Below, in pieces: positions 35,405 through 37,662 of a DNA stretch of 37,662 bases. The notes beneath the pieces were generated by a model. The model saw only the letters and a list, made by a program, of their open reading frames with translations, had not been told where the DNA came from and searched no databases. Origin of the DNA: a virus (taxonomy: Duplodnaviria; Caudoviricetes). Numbering within the stretch: the stretch's first letter is position 1; each line of letters begins with the position of its first letter. The stretch covers positions 1 to 37,662 of IMG/VR virus record IMGVR_UViG_3300048861_000272. One strand, 5' to 3'. Both the position numbers and the translations under genes were made by a program.

Positions 35405-35503
35405 TGGCAGGGTGAGAGGCGGAATCAAACCGCCCTCTTGTCCGGTGTGGGTGATCAAATCCACTGCCGAGACAAAATGCATACACCAGCCATGCTCTCG
35501 CCC
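35405..35503 (-). ncRNA. tRNA-like structured element (not a canonical tRNA)
   Basis: Minus strand: GGGCGAGA / TCTCACCC closing stem, D-like arm GCAT-GGCTGGTGT-ATGC, long central arm, T-like arm GGCGG-TTTGATT-CCGCC, ending GCCA. Confidence 0.4.
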
Positions 35504-35586
35504 ATATGTAGCTGCTGGCCTCTCTCCGGCTATCTGCCACCGGGTACAGAGACGTTACCGCAGACTTGGCGCCGCAGCTCCGTCCC

Positions 35587-35898
35587 CTATACCCGATCAC
35601 GGGCGGGAGGGGAATCCCTGACAGCCTCCGCCAACTCCACCGGCCCCAGCAACGGCAGCTTCAAGACATGGGCGATGCCGCGTAAGGCAGCGGACGCGTT
35701 CTGCTGTGCCCCGATCAGCCGGTTCGGTTCGGCCTTCGCGTCGAATTGCAGATACTCCCACAGGTAGTCGAGCCGCCAGCGCTCCACACGGCCCCGCAGC
35801 GCGTTCAGGGCGTCACGGATCGGCTGCGCAGTTTGCGGAGCCTCTCGGATGCACTCGGCGGCTTTCTCTAGCGTGCGGAGGGCTTGCAGGGGCGTCAG
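35587..35898 (-). CDS. Hypothetical protein (possible CTG start coupled to the upstream stop)
   Basis: The 35587-35787 frame stays open with protein-like sequence up to CTG 35898 (LTPLQALRTLEKAAEC...). Start uncertain. Confidence 0.45.
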   Translation of the reverse strand: MTPLQALRTLEKAAECIREAPQTAQPIRDALNALRGRVERWRLDYLWEYLQFDAKAEPNRLIGAQQNASAALRGIAHVLKLPLLGPVELAEAVRDSPPARDRV

Positions 35899-36032
35899 AT
35901 GTCTATGTTCCTGCGCTCAAGCTCGGCAGCAAGCTCATCCGTGCGAGGCGCGCTGAAGTCGCACTCCTCGATGCAGTTCCACTCCTGCACCAGCTCTTTG
36001 TCGGTCATCTCGGAAGCGCGCTTCTGGTCCAT
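35895..36032 (-). CDS. 45-aa hypothetical protein (MDQKRASEMTDKELVQEW...LAAELERRNIDI)
   Basis: Manually found; preceded by a TTGACC -35-like element at 36067-36062. Confidence 0.6.
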   Translation of the reverse strand: MDQKRASEMTDKELVQEWNCIEECDFSAPRTDELAAELERRNIDI

Positions 36033-36101
36033 ATGCCGGTAACGCGCTTCGGGGCGAGTCGGGTCAAGCCCTCGCGCACGCCTCGATCAGTTGCTCGGAG
36101 G

Positions 36102-36347
36102 TCATGGCTGAGGCCTCGTAAAATCTGGTATTTCAATTTGCCTTGTGGCCTCGTCCTCTAAAACTTTGGCGATGATTTCGACGGCAAGCGCGTAACAGCC
36201 GCGTTGAGCCGGACCATAGGGAGTGTCCACCCAAGGCGGGCATTCCTTACACTCGTAATCGCCGCCATGCCGGTATGCGCAAATTTTTCGGATCAATCCG
36301 GGTCGCATAGTTGCTTGCTGATAAAAACGCTCCAAGGGTCGGCTCAT
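36102..36347 (-). CDS. Cys-containing hypothetical protein, 81 aa
   Basis: ATG 36347 with GAGGG SD; ICAY...CKEC...GCY. Confidence 0.6.
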   Translation of the reverse strand: MSRPLERFYQQATMRPGLIRKICAYRHGGDYECKECPPWVDTPYGPAQRGCYALAVEIIAKVLEDEATRQIEIPDFTRPQP

Positions 36348-36348
36348 C

Positions 36349-36567
36349 TCACCCCTCTCCCTTCTCATGCTCGGCGAGGTGTGCGCCGCATTCGATGGCG
36401 TCGCCAGCCCTGCGCAGAAACATGACGGCAAGTCCGGCTCCAAAAGACGACGACGGCCCCGGCGCTTCACGATCGGTCCTGTCCGCGACTTCCCGCATCC
36501 AGCGCACAATCGCCGGAACCCGCGAGTTCTCCCACGGGCCATCGTAGAAGGAGAATTGCTCTACCAT
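36349..36567 (-). CDS. Hypothetical protein, 72 aa
   Basis: Tightly packed in the minus-strand operon with a GGAGG SD. Confidence 0.65.
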   Translation of the reverse strand: MVEQFSFYDGPWENSRVPAIVRWMREVADRTDREAPGPSSSFGAGLAVMFLRRAGDAIECGAHLAEHEKGEG

Positions 36568-36570
36568 CGC

Positions 36571-36972
36571 CTATCGCCCCTCCTGGCTGGAGGGGGAAAG
36601 CGCGGAAGCAAGGGCTTCACGCGCTTCTTCGACCCAGATTGCCGGGACACCGCGTAGCTCGGTGCGGCGGATTTGCGCCTCTATCGTCATGCCGCCAGCA
36701 CCACGTTCGAAGCGGTTACAAGCATCTAGTTTGGCGATCAGGGTTTCGAGGGCTTCCCGATACTGATCGCGGCCGTTGTTAGCATTGGTTATATTCAGCC
36801 TCTCGATCTCGGCAATCACTGCATCCGCTGCGTCGAGATAGGTCGCATGGGCAAGCTCGCCCATCTCCTCCCATTCGCCGCAGTCGTACTGCGGCGCATC
36901 CTCGGGATAGTTGCCTGCGAATGCGTAGGTTTTGGACGCGATGGCCTTGGCGATGGTGAGGCGGTTGGTCAT
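36571..36972 (-). CDS. Hypothetical early-region protein, 133 aa
   Basis: ATGA coupling; IAKAIA...WEEM...YLDAADAVI motif typical of small early phage proteins. Confidence 0.72.
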   Translation of the reverse strand: MTNRLTIAKAIASKTYAFAGNYPEDAPQYDCGEWEEMGELAHATYLDAADAVIAEIERLNITNANNGRDQYREALETLIAKLDACNRFERGAGGMTIEAQIRRTELRGVPAIWVEEAREALASALSPSSQEGR

Positions 36973-37145
36973 GCCTCCATCTCCTTCACCGCCTCGATCA
37001 TCATCCCAGCGCTTTCAATGAAGTGCTTGCGCAGCTCGTCCTGCCCTTTGGTGGTCAGAGCCGTCGCCATCTGCATCTGGATCCTCGCCATGGCCCTCAG
37101 GCGGGTGCAGAGCAGCGAGCGCATGCTATCGCGGTAGTTAGTCAT
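36969..37145 (-). CDS. 58-aa hypothetical protein (MTNYRDSMRSLL...AVKEMEA)
   Basis: Manually found; AGGAGG SD; overlaps both neighbours. Confidence 0.65.
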   Translation of the reverse strand: MTNYRDSMRSLLCTRLRAMARIQMQMATALTTKGQDELRKHFIESAGMMIEAVKEMEA

Positions 37146-37662
37146 CCGACCCTCCTACGGTCTGGTGACGAGGGGTGGGAGCTGAGGCGTTCAGGCGCTC
37201 GATTTCGGCGAGGATGTCGTGGTGACGCTCGAACCATTCGCCATGAAGGCGATGCTCATCAAACTGGAAGTGATAGGCCGTTTCTCGGGCCTCCCCACCG
37301 GGGCATGTTGCTAGGATGTCGAGCGGGATCGGGGACGCAGAGCGAAGCGCCTGAAGGCGGGACTTCACGCTTACGGAAAAGCCGATCTTGATAGCTCCGA
37401 CATCGCCGCCAATGAAGTAGCAAAGCCCCTTGTGAGGTGGGCGCTTGTCCGCATCCGCGTGTAACCGCTCGACATGTTGCCGCCGTGCGATCGGCTCAGG
37501 CATTGGCGGCCCAAGAGGAGAAAGCGGTCGGCAGTTCATATCGAGGTAGCCACGCAGGTTCCAAGACCAGTCCCGAACCTCCAACACGTCACCGAAGGAG
37601 GCGATCTTCACCGGAGCAATTCTGGTTCCCGGCCCGATCTCGGGGTATAGGGATATCGTCAT
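37138..37662 (-). CDS. GIY-YIG nuclease-family protein (MUG113/T5orf172-like)
   Basis: CYFIG...IKIGFS..VKSRLQAL...E...H.QF..HRLHGEWF. The true start may lie beyond the window edge. Confidence 0.85.
   Translation of the reverse strand: MTISLYPEIGPGTRIAPVKIASFGDVLEVRDWSWNLRGYLDMNCRPLSPLGPPMPEPIARRQHVERLHADADKRPPHKGLCYFIGGDVGAIKIGFSVSVKSRLQALRSASPIPLDILATCPGGEARETAYHFQFDEHRLHGEWFERHHDILAEIERLNASAPTPRHQTVGGSDD

Larger units (their letters stand above)
1..37662. mobile_element. Temperate-type siphovirus genome or prophage, incomplete at both edges
   Basis: Continuous immunity, replication, packaging, head, tail and lysis modules; no host housekeeping genes, tail sheath or integrase seen. Confidence 0.95.

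Noticed and set aside
35405-35503. Canonical tRNA gene or tRNA-derived att site
   Set aside because: No 7-nt anticodon loop, no 8-9 linker, an altered T-loop, no duplicate copy and no adjacent integrase. Kept only as a tRNA-like candidate.

Overview
The window is almost entirely one temperate-type, long-tailed (siphovirus-like) phage or prophage. High GC and the SSB sequence suggest an alphaproteobacterial, probably sphingomonad, host (inference). Gene order: (1) a minus-strand repeat-protein gene running off the left edge; (2) a lambda-like immunity region (PL/OL about 700-752, repressor 2489-2869, OR/PR 2859-2957, cro, cII-like) with a three-gene NinC/PAPS-reductase-like operon between OL and the repressor; (3) replication genes (VRR-NUC, HNH, primase-helicase, iteron origin, SSB); (4) packaging, head and tail modules, including a -1 frameshifted tail chaperone, tape measure, tail tip and an SGNH-esterase receptor-binding protein; (5) a lysis cassette with a GH73 endolysin; (6) convergent minus-strand early-type genes at the right end. 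No integrase or att site is visible. Best leads: two unannotated Pro-rich micropeptides sharing a PDSGGTPI core, coupled to a 5-TM protein gene directly ahead of the lysis genes; two signal-peptide-bearing, Cys-paired proteins inside the head operon; the NinC-like operon in the rexAB-equivalent position; an anti-TRAP-like Zn-finger moron; a three-copy late-promoter motif; and a tRNA-like structured intergenic element. All family assignments come from motif recognition by eye, not database searches.
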